Source: Thermoproteota archaeon (GTDB lineage: Archaea > Thermoproteota > EX4484-205 > JAAOZP01). From it: a DNA stretch of 14,661 bases. A program made the position numbers and the translations under genes. The notes beneath the pieces were generated by a model that was not told the origin of the DNA, made no database searches, and saw only the letters and a list, made by a program, of their open reading frames with translations. The number at the start of each line of letters is the position of its first letter. Position 1 is the first letter of the stretch. Positions 13,354 through 14,661 of the stretch are shown here, in pieces. The DNA lies in the NCBI GenBank assembly GCA_049700215.1, contig JBNAVT010000037.1:1-14661 (forward strand). Reading direction: 5' to 3'.

Positions 13354-14245
13354 CTTTTAATCTTCTATACTCTCTAAATGCCTCTATGTGCTCAGGCTTA
13401 AAGCTTCCTATCTCATCCATAAACTTTTCACACTCCCTAGCTGGGACTGAAAAATAATAGCGTATACCGTCTGACCTTTCATCTTTTTCAATTTCATAAG
13501 GATGAAAGCCCAAGTCCATAAGTATTTGACGCAAGCCATCTAAGCCTTCTTTACATCTTGAGTAAAATCGTACTTGAAATCGCTTTCCATGGACTATATA
13601 TGCACTTCCGTCTCCAGAAAAGAAACCCTTCAAATATGCTCTCTTCCCCTCGTAATCTAGATGTTCTTGGGGTACTCTAAATTCATAAGCTCCTATCTTA
13701 ACGTCATAATCGCTTAAATCATAGAATACGCTTTTGGAATATACTGCCGCAGTAATTAAACCACCCCTTCTTTCATAATGATGTGGTGTCATATCATACA
13801 TCTTCTTAAATGACTCATCAAATAACTCTATAAGTACCCTGTCTTTGGAGTAAAATCTTGTCGAATAATCCGTATGATGTCTTCCTTTTGAATTTATTTT
13901 TTGATGATAAGCGTTACTTCCATCAGAGGATATTAGCCCAAAGAGTACTGCCTTCTCAAAGGTAGCTATTTCCCTTACGCCCTCTTTTGACACTTCAAGA
14001 AGCATTCCACGGCTCAGTGGGAAGAGGATTCTTCCTTCCTCGACGCGTGCCTCTGAAAACACGCCGATGATGGTGGTCTCCTTGATTAATTCATATTCGC
14101 CATCCTTTGTTTCGTGTACCTCATATTCTCCAAAGGATCTTTCCTCATGAAGGGCTTCTTCACATTCATCTTTTCTACCGGTATCCTCTGGCTCTCCCTG
14201 AAGAAATCTCCTCTGGTGCTGTCTTACGGCTGAGCCTCCTCCCAT
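13331..14245 (-). CDS. Free-standing double-motif LAGLIDADG homing-endonuclease-like protein
   Basis: There are two LAGLIDADG motifs, LFGLISSDGS and YLKGFFSGDGS, about 115 aa apart. Both keep the catalytic Asp at motif position 8. A ~95-aa acidic N-terminal extension is present if ATG 14245 is used; internal ATG 14005 would give a canonical ~224-aa enzyme. No Hint/intein blocks were seen, and the gene is not inside an rRNA intron. Confidence 0.75.
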   Translation of the reverse strand: MGGGSAVRQHQRRFLQGEPEDTGRKDECEEALHEERSFGEYEVHETKDGEYELIKETTIIGVFSEARVEEGRILFPLSRGMLLEVSKEGVREIATFEKAVLFGLISSDGSNAYHQKINSKGRHHTDYSTRFYSKDRVLIELFDESFKKMYDMTPHHYERRGGLITAAVYSKSVFYDLSDYDVKIGAYEFRVPQEHLDYEGKRAYLKGFFSGDGSAYIVHGKRFQVRFYSRCKEGLDGLRQILMDLGFHPYEIEKDERSDGIRYYFSVPARECEKFMDEIGSFKPEHIEAFREYRRLKGEKDGKG

Positions 14246-14248
14246 CCT

Positions 14249-14646
14249 CTATCTTCTCCTTCGCCATCGACTCAGATCCAGAAGGTTGTGAACAGCCAGA
14301 ATCTTCATCGCTTGCTCCTTGTCCTTAAGCCAGAGGTCGATAATTTCCTGGGGCATAATCCCCCTGCACGCTTCACAGTAACATTCTTCAAATCTTATCG
14401 ACGGGTCTCTGAGATCGTAGAATAATCCATTCCAATAATACTCCCCATGCTTAGCCCTCAGGAACCAAGAGAGGTTGCTATAGCTGATGTATACTTCCAG
14501 AGCTTAACACCAACACCATAGAGGAGGAATTCAAAATCGTTTTTCAAACTTCTCTTCAGGGTTAGTAAGATTTGTGGCAGAAAGTAATCCAGCATCTCCT
14601 CCTCGAAGAGCTCCCTCGCGGGCATCGCGAAGGAAACATAGCCCAT
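14249..14646 (-). pseudogene. Frame-disrupted ORF (62-aa N-terminal part plus an 84-codon open frame in the -1 register), upstream of the LAGLIDADG gene
   Basis: ATG 14646 is preceded by AGGAGG at 9-nt spacing, and this frame stops at 14458. A second frame is open from 14503 to the TAG at 14249-14251. It encodes ...EECYCEACRGIMPQEIIDLWLKDKEQAMKILAVHNLLDLSRWRRRR and ends 3 nt before ATG 14245. Confidence 0.4.
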
Positions 14647-14661
14647 TTCAACCTGCCTCCT

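Larger units (their letters stand above)
12631..14661. mobile_element. Low-GC putative integrated element / genomic island (one end only; continues beyond the window)
   Basis: By hand counts of 60-nt lines, GC falls from about 55-60% (for example 10681-10740) to about 30-43% (13381-13440 and 13861-13920). All ORFs are on the minus strand and have no recognisable housekeeping function. The island abuts the tRNA 3' fragment at 12603-12630 and a gene remnant at 12192-12545. Confidence 0.5.

Overview
This is an archaeal chromosomal segment of crenarchaeal (Thermoproteota) type, about 55-60% GC over most of its length. It opens with the last ~390 nt of a 23S rRNA gene. A TATA-driven type-A RNase P RNA (about 460-773) follows and overlaps the 5' end of the tsr3 ORF. 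Next come housekeeping genes:
- dnaG (minus strand), whose frame is broken by a 32-nt insert that folds into a textbook bulge-helix-bulge (BHB) splicing motif
- a small Toprim protein
- phosphopantetheine adenylyltransferase
- methionine aminopeptidase
- a DUF1512-like gene paired with a Zn-ribbon membrane gene
- a stand-alone 5S rRNA gene carrying a 17-nt BHB-flanked insert in loop C
- an unusual wHTH + ATP-cone + NrdD-like protein that lacks a glycyl-radical tail
- a tRNA cluster: tRNA-Pro(CGG) with three introns, tRNA-Pro(UGG) with one, tRNA(CAU) with two
- a small hypothetical gene, AsnRS and deoxyhypusine synthase

The right end holds a glycosidase C-terminal remnant and a tRNA 3'-fragment. 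From about 12.65 kb onward lies a ~40% GC island, cut by the window edge, that encodes a free-standing double-motif LAGLIDADG protein and unknown ORFs. I saw no CRISPR array, IS element or recognisable defence genes. The most unusual signals are BHB introns outside tRNA, one in the dnaG mRNA and apparently one in 5S rRNA. All calls rest on reading the sequence and on remembered family motifs; no searches were run.
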